A stretch of 64,000 nucleotides of DNA from Eledone cirrhosa (GCA_964016885.1 OZ024745.1:70742001-70806000); one strand, 5' to 3'; numbered from the stretch's first letter, positions 1 to 13,659 are shown. Notes: generated by a model from the letters alone, not told the origin. Numbers and translations are program-made.

Positions 1-339
1 TCTTGAATAATCGTCCCCACCCCACCGCTAATTAATTTATCAGATTTTTTCCACACACACAATCCCGGTTTTATTCTATCATCACCCCCACCCGCTTATT
101 AAATTTTTCTAATCTATCACCGACAAAATGTTGTTCTAAGTGATTCATATTGATACATCAGCTGGAGAATCGAATAATTATTTTATTTTACATAAAAAAA
201 AACATATATGACAAAAGAAGAACATTACAAGAAAACCCATATTTACGAATGTGCACTATACAATTACTGATTTGCCAAGCCCACCCCCACCCATTATTTG
301 CCACCCCTCCTATAATTTTGGACCTGAGAGCGCCACCGA

Positions 340-900
340 ACTCTCCTCCTCTCTACTCCCTTTGAATCCCTCTTTCTGTATCTACTAATCCCAAACTCTA
401 CCCCTCTCTAAATCTACCACGAAGTGGCCTCTCTTATTCTACTCTCTATATCTAAGACTAATACACTCTCTCACTCTCTATAAATATTTACACTTATCTA
501 TCCCAATCGCCCTCTGTATGTCAATCACGCCTACATTCTCACCCTCTCTATATCTACTACACGGCATCTCCCATTATCCCTCTCTGTATATCTGCAACCA
601 CCAAACGCTCCCCTATCTATATCTATTATACGGAAATCTCTTCCAATCCCCCTCTCTATATCAATTACCGCCAAACTATCCCCCTCGCTATATCTACCAT
701 ACAACACTCTCTCACATTCCTTCTCACTCTATCCATCACTACCAAACTATCCCCTCGCTATATCTATCAATACCTATCTCTATCAATCCTCTGACTCTAT
801 TCATTACCACCAAACCCACCCCCCTCTCGACACCCTCTCGACATCAACCATACAACATACTCAACCCCCCCCCCCTCTCTATATCTATATTTATCTTTTC
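340..900. repeat. Degenerate pyrimidine-rich tandem repeat (units like ccctctctatatctactac)
   Basis: Recurrent ccctctc(t/g)(a/c)tatatcta motif about every 35-40 bp; explains the low-complexity ORF 518..997. Confidence 0.7.
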
Positions 901-1037
901 TATCTGTTTCTACATCACACGTACCTACATTGCAGCGAAAAGTGTTTTGGTAGTTTGGGGACAAAATATAATTATTGGGGGAGCCATAGGGCCCTGACCT
1001 CCACCCCCCAGTTTCACCACCCCTGGTGGTGGACATT

Positions 1038-1131
1038 TCTCAGAGAAATGTATACATAATTTGATTACCAGTACAGGCAATATTTATTAGAATGGTGTTG
1101 TAGTAAGTATACATTTTTGGGAGACCCTGTA
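1038..1131. mobile_element. Possible Tc1/mariner-type MITE remnant
   Basis: Right end gtatacatttttgggagaccctgTA (reverse complement TAcagggtctcccaaaaatgtatac); degenerate partner tctcagagaaatgtatac at the left; ends at a TA tract. Confidence 0.4.
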
Positions 1132-1286
1132 TATATATATATATATATTAGAAAGTGAGGTTTTTTTTACAAAATGAAAAATAACCGAGGTGTCCTACAC
1201 GAGTGAAAGTATAAAGAAAAAGAGATGAAATCGAAAATGCAACTGGAGTCTTATTTTTTTTTTTTAATATATATATTTATTTGGTT

Positions 1287-1324
1287 CCTTTACCGGTTTC
1301 GCAGTTCTTCTGCTTTTCAAAAGG
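1287..1324 (-). ncRNA. Minimal type-I hammerhead ribozyme, U3-A8 core variant
   Basis: Minus strand reads CCTT-TTGAAAA-GCAG aagaa CTGC-GAAA-CCGG-TA-AAGG: 4-bp stem I, 4-bp stem II, palindromic ACCGGT stem III. Confidence 0.75.
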
Positions 1325-1471
1325 TGAGTTGAGATGGAGGGTCTGTGGTTTTTCTCACATATATATAAAGGTTTACATATACATAAAGTTATATATGTTA
1401 CAACCGGTCACTTATTGGCAGAGGAAATGATATATATTTTATTTATCTAATGATTCTATAGACATGATTTA

Positions 1472-1520
<49 letters not shown>

Positions 1521-1544
1521 CACAAACCCTCCATCTCAATTCTA

Positions 1545-1580
1545 CTTTTGAAAAGCAGAAGAACTGCGAAACCGGTAAAG
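1545..1580 (+). ncRNA. Minimal type-I hammerhead ribozyme, U3-A8 core variant
   Basis: CTT-TTGAAAA-GCAG aagaa CTGC-GAAA-CCGG-TA-AAG. Confidence 0.75.
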
Positions 1581-1646
1581 CAACCAAATGAGTATATTCT
1601 TTTAAAAAAAGACTCCAGTTGCATTTTCGATTTCATCTTTTTTCCT

Positions 1647-1684
<38 letters not shown>

Positions 1685-1772
1685 TATAATATATATATAT
1701 AATATATAATATATATATAATATATATATATATAATATATATATATATATAATATATATATATATAATATAT

Positions 1773-1836
<64 letters not shown>

Positions 1837-2119
1837 TGTATATATAGTGTAATACACTGTAATATATAGGTAATACACTGTATGCTTAATTAAAAGCATT
1901 TTGAAGACCTTAAGGTATCGTTTTAAAGTAGTGACTATGTCACTTACTTCTATTTTCAGCAAACAAAGGGACATAAGCTGACAGATCTCTGTTTCATACT
2001 GTTGGTACTCCTTAGAGCTTAGTGCTCCCCTTGTTTATTGAAAATTATGAATGTTGGATTCTTATAGAATTCGTTTTGCATTGTTTGAATAGTTTGACTA
2101 TTCAAACAGGACGCAAACC

Positions 2120-2355
2120 GATCAGTTCTTGTTTTGAATATGTCACTATCTGTAAAACAACTTTTATATTTTATCTGATGAGACCGTACCAAAAATGTTG
2201 GTACCCTTGAAATATATATAATAAAATAAATATGGTTTTATAAAGATAGTTTCCATTTATTAATATTATTGATATTATACTCCAGAAGAATATTGTAGAG
2301 TACTTCTAATCTGTTATAAACTAAATTTGTTGAATAACCAACGAATTAAATAACT
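2120..2355 (+). mobile_element. Hammerhead-bearing dispersed element homologous to 46316-46750 and 29026-29100
   Basis: Shared text such as ccttgaaatat.tataataaaata.atatggttttataaa.atagtttccattt; (TA)/(TG) tract on the right. Confidence 0.75.
2167..2228 (+). ncRNA. Type-I hammerhead ribozyme
   Basis: TATTTTAT-CTGATGA-GAcc GTACCAA aaatg TTGGTAC ccTT-GAAA-TATATA-TA-ATAAAATA: 8-bp stem I, intact core. Confidence 0.75.
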
Positions 2356-2362
2356 CATTGCT

Positions 2363-2462
<100 letters not shown>

Positions 2463-2499
2463 ACCAAAGAACGCTTACATACTCAAACATTTTTTATTT

Positions 2500-2545
2500 G
2501 CTTACAATGTTTCATCCAGACCGTTGGGTAGTATTCATCAGAGCT
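2500..2545 (-). ncRNA. Type-I hammerhead ribozyme with decayed stem II
   Basis: Minus strand reads GCT-CTGATGA-atactacccaacggtctggat-GAAA-CATTG-TA-AGC, followed by AATAAA. Confidence 0.65.
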
Positions 2546-2922
2546 TAATAAACACAGTGCTGAGTATAAGCTCTACCAAGCTTAGTCACACGAACAATCG
2601 GAATACAATAGAGGGTAAAGATAGGGAGATCGGAGATGGCGAATAAGGAGAGAGTACATGCTGGGCTTCTAGAGCACCACAGCTAAATGTTGGGGCACAC
2701 GCAGATCTCAATAGATGCATATACAATTAATTTCACACAAAATCAAAAAATACAAACAATGGTTAAAACATAATAAAAAGTAAAAGGAAGATAATATAAA
2801 AAGGTAGAAGATTTTTTTTTTATTTTAAAGCGAAAGAAGTGAAAAAAGAAAGAAGAAAAAAGAAAAAAAGAAAGTTTTAAGCACATAATATGTATATATG
2901 TATATATATATATACATATATG

Positions 2923-2998
<76 letters not shown>

Positions 2999-3066
2999 TA
3001 TATGTATATATATATGTATATAGATATATGTATATAGATATATGTATATATATATATGTATATAGA

Positions 3067-3147
<81 letters not shown>

Positions 3148-3149
<2 letters not shown>

Positions 3150-3470
3150 TAGTCTTAGATACTTCCGCGCCGTTCGGCGCATCGAGCAGTAAGTACTCGC
3201 CAACGGTCACGATCAGCGGCAATTTTTTCGAGACCGTGTCAGGTGATGTTGACTGCCATCAGGTCCTTCCGGAACGTTCGTCGCCAGGTGATCCTTGGTC
3301 AACCCCGCCTCCATTTACCGCCAGGCGGAGTCCAGTTCATCGATGTTTTCGAATGCCGTTCATTTGGCATACGCAGAATATGGCTAGCCAGATGGCCCCG
3401 ACGCTCCGTAACCACTCTCTGTAGCGTCCACGACTCGGCTCTCCGCAGGATCTCCTCGTTTCGCACTCGG
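3148..3470 (-). mobile_element. RTE-clade LINE 3' fragment (decayed ORF C-terminus plus short tandem tail)
   Basis: Translates RVRNEEILRRA...RRGHLASHILRMPNERHSKTSMNWTPPGGKWRRG*PRITWRRT...[10 protein letters not shown]; tail (CTAAGA)2 runs into (TA)n. Confidence 0.85.
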
Positions 3471-3539
3471 TTATATATATTTATAAACATATATATATCG
3501 TTCATGTTTTCAACATACTGGGAGAGGCGACGATAGAAC

Positions 3540-3620
3540 ACTAACCCGAGCACTAACTCTAACTAACCTTAACCCTAACCCTAATGTCTTATTAAAACCT
3601 AATCAACTCTAACTCTAACG
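3540..3620. repeat. Degenerate (CTAACC/CTAACT)n telomere-like repeat
   Basis: ctaactctaactaaccttaaccctaaccctaa...ctctaactctaac. Confidence 0.7.
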
Positions 3621-3634
3621 CATATATAATCTAG

Positions 3635-3800
3635 GACACGTCTTGTGTCCTTGGCCCTAGTGCCACTTCCCTACTCACCACCATCGGCACTGAGTTGGCT
3701 ACCCGCAAGTGTGAGCCTCGCGAGTTAGAATGGCTCTTTCAGTGCGTCTCCCTCACCATCCTCCGGGAAAACGCCTTCTCTATTCTGACCGACGGGGCCG
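3635..3800 (+). mobile_element. CRE-clade non-LTR retrotransposon C-terminal fragment
   Basis: Frame from 3635 gives DTSCVLGPSATSLLTTIGTELATRKCEPRELEWLFQCVSLTILRENAFSIL, matching the CRE-type motif ETxGxxGP...LxQRxSxAIQRGNAxSIL; GC-rich island. Confidence 0.7.
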
Positions 3801-4453
3801 CGAGGCAGCCAGCGCGTGAGGCCCCATTTGTTCATAATAGTGAGAGATGGGGAGGGCGGAAGTGACAGGGGCAGTGACAGTGGGAGTTTGGTTCCATTGT
3901 GTTCAGACTTGTTGTGTATGTATATCTTTATTTACCACACCGCATTAACTCTAAATATAAACGAGATGGGTACAATAAAAACAATCTACGAACATAAACA
4001 TAAACAATTTCTCTGCTTTCAGTCAAAGAAACCAATATTTCCCATAACTTACAATATGGAAAATTACAGCTTATCCCCCTTGAATATAGTTCAATAATAT
4101 ATATTAATCAGTAGCAATACAGTTATTCCCCCTGCTTTGCAATTTTCCCTCTGTGCAGTTATTGATTTTTTTCTTTTGATCGTCCGTCACCATATTTTTG
4201 TTAGATATTGTTGTTTGCTCTACTGTGGGAACGATTTTTCATATATTTTTTTATTTACATACTTAAAAGATATAACTAAAGATATGTTTATTTATTTACA
4301 TACATTCATACGTGCAGGGATGCATACATGCAAACATACATACATACATGCATACACACATACATGCATACTTATCTATGCATACAATATGTATAAGGAA
4401 CATACATTTCAATTGTTTTAGCAAATGTTTATATATATATATACACACGCACA

Positions 4454-4505
<52 letters not shown>

Positions 4506-4580
4506 TTTATATATATATTTATATATATATATGTGTGTAAATAAATATACACGGGTGTGTATGATTGTGTATAGATTATT

Positions 4581-4891
4581 ATATTAATAAAAGGAATTCC
4601 AACTTTGTCTGATTAACTCGTTTTATTTACAATCCTTTAAAATTATAATGATATTATAATGAAATAGTATGGTAGAATATAAAATCTTAAGTGTTAATTG
4701 AACAAGTATTTTCATGCTTTCGCAATCTTCAGGTTCATATTCAGTGGTGATAGTCAAGTTTGCAATTTTCGACTTGTTCAATTAACATTTAATATTCTAC
4801 CGTACTATTTCATTATAATATCATTATAATTTTAAAGGATTGTAAATAAAACGAGTTAATCAGACAAAGTTGGAATTCCTTTTATTAATAT
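4581..4891. mobile_element. Fold-back element (arms 4581-4707 / 4772-4891) with a hammerhead-like core in the spacer on the minus strand
   Basis: Near-identical inverted arms of about 120 bp; minus strand CTGAAGA-T-TGC gaaa GCA-T-GAAA-ATACTTGT-TC; abuts (TA)n. Confidence 0.75.
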
Positions 4892-4911
4892 ATATATATA
4901 TATATATATAT

Positions 4912-5100
4912 ATAATAGTTTCTTATTTAGCCCCCATGTATTGGGGTGAGGGAATATCGATTAAATCGACACCAGTGCGTGACTGGTACTTTATTTTATC
5001 GACCCTGTAAGGATGAAAGGCAAAGCTAACCACGGCGTAAAGGGCCGTAACTCTATGCCTCAAAGCATGGTGTCCGATGATTTACCGATACTGCCAATCC
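4912..5100 (-). mobile_element. tRNA-derived SINE family A, longer variant
   Basis: Contains actggtactttattttatcgaccc.gtaaggatgaaaggcaaag and the head ...ccgatactgccaatcc. Confidence 0.85.
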
Positions 5101-6944
5101 AAATAATAGTAGTCGATCACCATAAATAATGCTTAAAACCAAATGCTCCTGAAGAAAAAAAATGTGGACATATTTGCCTCCTTGAGATGCATGGATCGAT
5201 TCTTCGCAGGTGCCTCTGTCCACCTTTTACGCCAGTTTTCCATGTATTATGGTCTAACCATATATATATATATATATATAAACACACGCATGCACACACA
5301 CACGCACACACGCACACACACACATGCACACACACACATTTATATATATATATATATATACATACACACTGAAGTACCTGTTTTAGATGCCAGTGTACTT
5401 AAAACTTTTGAACATTAAACACACGAGTACTCAATGCATGAGCATATTTGTTGTGATATTTTTTTTAGTGAAAAGTTGCAGTGATTTCGAAGTTCCAAAT
5501 ATTATTTGATTTTATATATGTGTGTTTGCATTGAACACGCTCTTATTCTTATTCTTATATATCTATCTATTTATTTATTTATTTCAAACTTCGCTATAAC
5601 AATTGGAAGTTTAAGCAGTCTGGATTTTTTATGGGGGGCGGGGGGGGGTCACATTAGATGTAGTTATCGACGTTAGTAGTTTTCTAAACTCTGTGTTCTA
5701 ATTGATTACGTTTAATTTATTGGAAAGTGTATGTGACATTGTTTAACCAGCTGCAGTCTTATGCTGGACTAATGGACTTAATACGGGATGAAACTCAACT
5801 CCTTGATGGCTTCTCTATTTTCGCCATACATCAAAGATCTATTTTCCATTAAACAGTTAAATGTGATGCCTGCAGCCTCAATCGATGACAATGCAGACCT
5901 CTTGAAAGTATATGCAGAGAAACTGAATGTATTTTATCGTTTCTAGAATCCTATATACTGTGAAACCGGATAAGATATTCTCAAAATGAATGTTCTTATC
6001 GGATTGTCGATAAGGAGTTTATCCAATTCTTTTTACACGCTTAAACAATAATCATGGGCAAGACTGATTCAAATAATACATTTTTGTAAGTCTTTTAATA
6101 AAGTTTGTTTAAATTCAGCTCACTTTAATTAGAGGGACCACCGTTTCGAATAATATATTTCAAATTAACATTAGAAAGTATTGTAGCTTTTTTGTAAAGC
6201 CGTCACAGTGCATGATTAAATATAAAATTGTTGAATAAGTCGGGTAAATAAACCTCTGGAGACAAAAGTGTGCTGGATATCGAGCAAATATCAGCTATAT
6301 GCAGAACGGCTGAGCAAATCCTGTAAAATATAGATTTAAAATCATCTCTGTCTTGTTGAATAACTAAGGTCTTCCTACAAATAAACCTAGTATATATTTA
6401 ATAAAAAAAAAAGAAACTAATCTAAATATCCATATACAATTAATTGAAATACCATTAGTACAGACACAGTATCCAATTTATGAAACTCATTTTCTCACTT
6501 AGGTTTAGTATGAAAAATAAAAAAAACCATATGTATATCAAATACAACGCGAATTAATGAGGTAATTGAAGGTATCATTTCTTTATCGCTTAATCAAATG
6601 GTGGGGAGCAATGTACATGACCCTTTAAAGGAAATCAATGAGAGAGGGGTGTAGAGGAAATAGCCTGAAACCGGAGACTGGGCTCAAGTTCTTGCAACAG
6701 AGCGGTCTCAGTAATAGATAACCAAGGGCGAGGTGATGGTGTTAAACCGCATAATGGATTAAATCTAACCCACGGTAGGATTTTAACTTAGATCGCTAAT
6801 GATCCGGAACAAATACCCCTAGGTAACCCATCCGACGTTCTAACGATTCCGCGACCTCACCCGCATACATTGGACCGAGGATACAATATTTCCATTTGTC
6901 ATTCTATTGCTGGTTCTGGCGGTTGCAAATCCTGAGAGAAATAG

Positions 6945-7060
6945 CAACGGGAAATAAATTATTTTCGTCAAGAATACAATACGCTGCCGGAACCAGGAAT
7001 CCAATCCACAAACCTATGAGTGTGGGCACAATACCCTAACCACTAGACCACCTGCCTTCA
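6945..7060 (-). mobile_element. Diverged tRNA-SINE family B head
   Basis: Ends ccctaaccactagaccacctgccttca, the reverse complement of a tgaaggc..gtggtctagtggttaggg A-box head. Confidence 0.6.
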
Positions 7061-7296
7061 CCTAACATAAAAATAATATCAATATATTGTAAATTTAAAT
7101 TTGAGCTTTTCAAATGTGAAGATGATTCTTTCAACTGAATGCTATTCATGTGAATAGCTATAAGGTAATTCACATACACACACAGAGACACATGCACGCA
7201 CACACACAAACACAAATACACAAGCATGCACACATACGTACATACCCTAACACAAACCTCTACACACACTAACACACTCTCCAACTCGTATGTACG

Positions 7297-7342
<46 letters not shown>

Positions 7343-7454
7343 AACACTTTCTTTCACCCTCATACACTCTCTATCACACAGAGCCGTGTACTCTTTTCTC
7401 TCTCTCAAACACACACATACATACTCTTCCATCCGCACTATCTCTCTCTCTCTA

Positions 7455-7499
<45 letters not shown>

Positions 7500-7501
7500 C
7501 G

Positions 7502-7535
<34 letters not shown>

Positions 7536-7545
7536 TATACACACA

Positions 7546-7654
<109 letters not shown>

Positions 7655-8514
7655 CTCTATTAGCAAATATGCAACAAGCGACATCCTTGAACAGGTTATT
7701 CTTAATCTGTAACGTATTGTCAAAATGGTATCCAAATTCAAAGAATATCTATTATTTTTCTTTTTTATTTATTAGCAATTTTCTAAAGTAATAAAGTATT
7801 CATTGCATTGACAATGTATGGTTAAAAAAGAAAAATATCTCGGAAATATTTCGGTGTTTATTATGATCTTGAAATTTACTTGATTTTATGTAATCATACT
7901 CCATGATTATGTATAGTTATATATATATAGTAAAGTCTTATCTTGAAGCGATTACCGCTTAAATGTATACAATAGAAGCAATGTATATTTTTCATGTTAA
8001 CTAAGGCTTTAGTGACTACCATCTAATATCTTAATAATCAAGTTATAATATCTGTTTTTCTCAACATTCATAGAAAATCACTTGGAAAATGTTATTCTAT
8101 TTCTTTTCACGTCATTAAAATCGATCCTGACAATACACTGAAAAGCAGGTTCATTTAAACCAATTTGTGTGGGAGTTTGTCTTGAAGCTTTTAAAGCATT
8201 TTCCTCCCAGTAAAAAGAAGGCGAATTTCACTTGCATCCATTCCTTAGCAACTAATAACTCATGTAATCTACTTACTACACACTTCACATTTGAATGTTC
8301 CAAGACTGATATTAAAATAGTTTTAATCGATTAGTTTAGTTTCGTATAAAATAACAAGAATTTAATTAAGTCAGCGACCACTAGTTGGATTCTCCAGTTA
8401 TGAAGTGTAATGTTCATTTCTTCCTTTTGTTTGACTTTTTGTGACGTTTTTTTTTCTGTTTTCTAAAGAGACGAAAGAAAATTAGAAACGGTAGAACGCT
8501 GAAATGAACATAAG

Positions 8515-8690
8515 AGTGCGTCGACCTGCTAGAAATATCAGCCATTTCTTCTCCAAACCACATCTACCCTTGTAAAAATAGTGAAGACCACATTGACTAA
8601 TATAGTTTTATATACACTATTCCTGAAAGTAAGACGGGTGGTCATAGCTGGAAAGCCTTTGATTATAGGTTTACTTCATCGGGTCTTATT
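8515..8690 (+). mobile_element. Dispersed repeat family C (unclassified, SINE-like)
   Basis: gacctgctagaaata...ggtcatagctggaa motifs recur at about 17575, 34930-35100 and 35140-35230. Confidence 0.5.
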
Positions 8691-8789
8691 TGTGCGCAGT
8701 ATTCAGTTATATCCTTCCACTATTTGAATTCAGTTTTGACTGGGATCAAATTTGAAGTACATTTAGACAAGTATTGTTACCAACACAGC

Positions 8790-9050
8790 AACTCGTACCT
8801 CTCGTACACCTATAACTCTTATCTACAGTATCGCTCATACATCTATACCCCTCCTTTAATATAACTCATGTATCTGTACCTCTCTTCTATAATACTTCTT
8901 TGCACCCCTCATCTAATATACTCCTCGTACATCTCTACGCTATCTCTCATACATCTATACCTCTTCCCTACAAAAACTCCCTCACAACATCTCTCATTTA
9001 TCTATATCTCTCCTCTACAGTACCTCTCACACTTTTATATCTCCCATCGG
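8790..9050. repeat. Degenerate minisatellite of about 20 bp (cctctcatacatctata-like)
   Basis: Recurrent cctctc.tacatct.ta units. Confidence 0.65.
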
Positions 9051-10302
9051 CAAATTAATAATAATTTTATCCTGTACCAACAGCTATTGGTTTTTATATT
9101 TTGTAATCAATTATTTCCTGTTTAGATTTTACCTTGAACAGTACCAAAATCGTTAAAATGTATAACTGTAAGTTATAATAAATCTATTAAGTTTACTATA
9201 ATTGTCTTGAATTGTACTTCTGTAATATAGGAACAGACATTCATACCAATATAAACCGATGTAGAAATAATCGTAGCACAATATAGAACCTCCATCCAGG
9301 CCAAAATTAAGACGTTTTCAACATCTAGTTGAAACAATTTCATTTCATTTACACCTATAAAATCTTTGCCAGAGATCCAAACTTCGTAATATTTTATTTC
9401 ACTGTCTCTTTAAAATACATGCTATTTCTTGCGAGCTAAAAAACAAATTAATATGAATGATCTATGTATAGAAGGAGTTTTAATATTGTCTTAATTAATA
9501 TTCATGGTTTGCGTCTTTAAACTAAGATAATTTTTTTTTTTATGAATTGATAAATAATCCCAATTAGTTTTAATTCTAAACTTCAAATGATTGTTCATTA
9601 CATTGACAGTAGCTTGTGAAGTACTGCTTAATACCAGTTCTCCTTCTTGTTATTTCAACTTAATAAAAAGATTAAAATATTTCCGAAAACAAATATTTTG
9701 ACATGATCATAGACGTCACATCAATCTAATCCGATTATATAAGGCTAAAAGAGGATGATAGCGGTATCGATAGATATGTCAGTAAATAGTTTGGTAAGGA
9801 GCCACTGTACGAAACAGTAAACTAAGAAAGGGTGAAATCTGTTTTTATTGATCCAGTAGTGTCTAGATCATTGATATCTAAAGTGATTATTTGGTGATGC
9901 AAAAATTCCTCACGACCATTAAAATTACAAACTAATACTGCTTTACCATTAACATGTCTTCAAAGAACAGCTTTTTATTAAAGATAATCTAACTCACTGT
10001 TTTATTTTTCTTTCCTTCTTTTTCTCTATCTCGTTCATATCGTTGTTGTTCTTTATCCTTTTCTTTTTTCATTATATTTGTTTATATAGTTTTTTCTAGT
10101 ACGTTTTTCATGCTATCTCAGTTTTTTCTGAATTCAATTATTTATTATTATCATTTTATAATCTACCATCATTTCTTCAAACAAGTTACTTTTTGAAATA
10201 AAATTTCCTAGTTTATCAACAATTTAGAATCTAAAATAATGAAAGGATTAGAAGTTGCATATTAGGGGATCAACCACATCTCTCAGAAGATGATTTTATT
10301 AT

Positions 10303-10675
10303 AGGTGAATGGTTAAGAAATTCGCTTAGCAAGCGTTAGGCTCCGCGTTCGATCTCATAGCGTAGTATCTTAAATAAATATCATTTAAGTTGACTAAAGC
10401 TACATGAGTGAAATTGGGAAGAGGGAAACTGTTTTGATTGCTCCCATATTGCAAATGCCCAGCCTTGTCTCAGACTATTTCAGACTGAATCTCCCTGAGA
10501 ATTACATTAAGGATATACGTGTATGTTAAATGCTCAGCATTGTCCCATATTACGCTGATTCTGCTAAAGAAGTGTCTCAAGAATACGTGTTTTAGTGGAA
10601 TACTCAGCCAGTTAGATGTTCATTTAGTTAGTTGGTTGTCAGGCTGATCGAATAGCTGATATCTCTCCTCGACAA
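10303..10675 (+). mobile_element. Diverged tRNA-SINE with long 3' body
   Basis: Head gaatggttaagaaattcgct...gttcgatc; body ccagccttgtc...ctgaatctccctgagaattac.ttaagg shared with several other loci. Confidence 0.65.
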
Positions 10676-12009
10676 AAACTGTGGAATATCCATCAACCTG
10701 TAATGTTAACCTTACTCTCGTTAAACACAAATGTTCCGTAATAAATTCTTTCGCGTTGTTAGATTCTCGTAAATATTGAGCCTAATGAAATACCTGCAAC
10801 TTCTGTCGAAAGTATTTCATTCTATTTTAGAAATAGTTTCTGTGACTAAATCATGCAATGATAAACATTCTAACGTTGGTTGTTGTTTTATTGTTTTTTT
10901 TGTTTTTTTTTTTTGTTTGTTTCTTTCCCAATGTTAATCCTTCTCACTGAACTCCTTGTTAAATTGCTAATTTTGCTTTTACTAATAATTCACGTTATCT
11001 GTTGCTGTCAATATCACCTAATTAGAGCGTTAAAACTCTTCCTGAGTTTTTCCTGGTTTTTTATTTCTTACACAACTACACAACTCTTTATATATATTTA
11101 AAGATTTAGTATTTAGTTCCACCACCATTGATGCCGTTTTTAGACAACTGCAATTTCAAAATTGCAAACAAAAACGAAAGCATGGCTAAGAGAAAATTTC
11201 CAAATGAAAACCTTTTATCGGTGATGGACTGGGTGCAGGGTTTAGTATAGATCATAAAGTGGTTTACTCAATATGGGTAACTAGATGTGGAGAGACGAGT
11301 GAACCAGAAGTACCATAATAGAGATAGCTAAACTACTTAATCTAGTAAACAATAAACTTTATTGAGTACACTCATTATATTTCCTTCCTTAAAATTCCAT
11401 AGCTACCTAGAGAAGATTTACTTGTTTTACTGTAGTTGTTGTTGGTGGTGGTTTTAATGAATCTTAAGACGAAGATTCGTGAAAATTAGATGAGAGTAAG
11501 ATACTGACGCACAAAAAATGTTATTGATAGTTAACAGTAATAACTTTTAGTTTTAGAAAAAGCAACAAAATCAATAGGAGATCAATAATATTTTAAATTA
11601 TAGAATTCATGAACTTCAAATTACTATCATTTCATTTGTCCGGATCGATTCCATTTTTCTCACTTCTGGAATTTTCCAAAGAGCAAATCTTGAATTATAA
11701 CTATGATTTGAATTATAGCTAAAAAATAAAATAATCTTAACTTTGTTGCTTAAAAATAAAATTAGATTTTAAAAATGGAAAAGTCTAAATGATTGGCAGC
11801 TAAGAACTAATTAAATTTCTGGTGCTTTACGTGATTTCATGCCTTATATATTTTAATATCTTGGCAATTTAATAACATTTGAAATGAACCCCTATTCAAT
11901 AAACCTTTTTTTTTTGTGTGTGTGTTTTGGTTTTACTATCTCATGTATGATGTGAAGAAAGACTCTTACAGCGTTTTTACCCATGCATCATAAAAAGCAA
12001 ATGGACCTC

Positions 12010-12170
12010 CATCGGTTTCGATAACGAGAGTTCAGTTGTTCAACCAACACCACGGCTTACTCGTTAAATGAACGTATAAGTTCCGGAATATTCTACAAAC
12101 ACGTGTCTAAAGAAAGTTCTCACAGCAATTCAGTTTGACACAGTTTGTGAGACAAACTGTCCCTTTGACT
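12010..12170 (-). mobile_element. SINE long 3' body fragment
   Basis: Reverse complement of the body at 10458-10675 and 54825-54995. Confidence 0.55.
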
Positions 12171-12382
12171 TAAATGTACAGTCCACCAGAAGAACTGCCA
12201 AACAAGTCAAATTCAGATGGTGCTTTTACCTTAACGGTGGATGTGGTCATATCATTTCTTACATCATGATGTGGACTTAATGGATATTGATACCGCCAAA
12301 TTACATCACATGATGCGGTGATCTTCAAGCTGAAAGATTTGACAAAATAACATACCAAGTGGTGCTGTGAACTTCGTGTAAG

Positions 12383-12569
12383 ATAATTGTTTCTACTTTT
12401 GGCACAAGGCTAGCAATTATTCCAGTGTATTACTGCTACTTTATTTTATCGACCCCGTAAGGATGAAAGGCAAAGTTAACCTCGACGGGATTTGAACTCA
12501 GTCCGTAAAGGGACGTAACTGTGCTGCAAAGCATGGCGTCCGACCCTCTACCGATTCTGCCAATCCACC
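12383..12569 (-). mobile_element. tRNA-derived SINE family A, full length
   Basis: B-box gatttgaactc (reverse), A-box ccgattctgcca (reverse), central atcgaccccgtaaggatgaaaggc domain. Confidence 0.9.
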
Positions 12570-12849
12570 ATATCACATATTGTTAACTTCATAGTGAGGA
12601 TGTCACAAAATGACATCACATGTGATGCTCTGATCTTCATTGTGATGATGTCACAAATTCACACCATATGGTGCTGTGAATTTAATGGTGAACGATGTCA
12701 GTAATTAACATTACCTGATTAATTAATACACATTCACATAGGTAAGACAAACTGAATCGGTGCTTAGAGTTTCCTCGGAAAGTTATCCATTAACTTGATA
12801 GTTCGTTTTGACAGACAGACTGGCAGGCAGGTAGGCAGACAAGCATATA

Positions 12850-12973
<124 letters not shown>

Positions 12974-13551
12974 ACACTTACAAATGCATAGCTAGATCAC
13001 GTTGTCTACATAAGTGTAATGATATCTTCGCCAAGGTCGAAGATATACTACAATTATAGACGAAAGAAGTGTGTAAAGTGAGAAGTAATAAAATATATAT
13101 ATAAGATTCTTACAAATAGGGTTGAGTTCGAGAGAAAAACACAAAATACATAAATTACTATTATGTACCAAGGGAAAAAAAACCCTACTATTTAATTATT
13201 GATGAGTAATTATGTTTGTGTACACAAACTGCACTAATGAACGTATTGAACTCACAATATCAATTAACATCAGAAAACTAAAGTGAGAAACACACACATA
13301 TATACGTTAAATGCTTATTTGAAATATAGATATACATGTACATACATTTATTTACACATTTGTAGACACAGGGAAACAGAAGCGTATATATATATAGCTG
13401 CAATCAAGCTTTATGTACATATGTAAACTGAGAAAAACGCTCATATAAACATCAAAACCTGATACATGCACACGTGCACATACACATATAGACATGTTTT
13501 CGTGCGTTTTTTTTTTTGTTAATGAACAAACACATATACACATATACCTAT

Positions 13552-13606
<55 letters not shown>

Positions 13607-13628
13607 TATGTATATAGCGAGAAAGAGA

Positions 13629-13659
<31 letters not shown>

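Larger units (their letters stand above)
1210..1650. mobile_element. Fold-back element (arms 1210-1352 / 1516-1650) with a hammerhead motif in each arm; putative Penelope-like pLTR remnant
   Basis: Arms are reverse complements with few differences; (TA)n inside the spacer and on both flanks. Confidence 0.8.

Noticed and set aside
1-330. Possible DNA-transposon end (also 940-1026 and 45600-45850)
   Set aside because: No partner TIR or TSD visible in the window, so it cannot be classified
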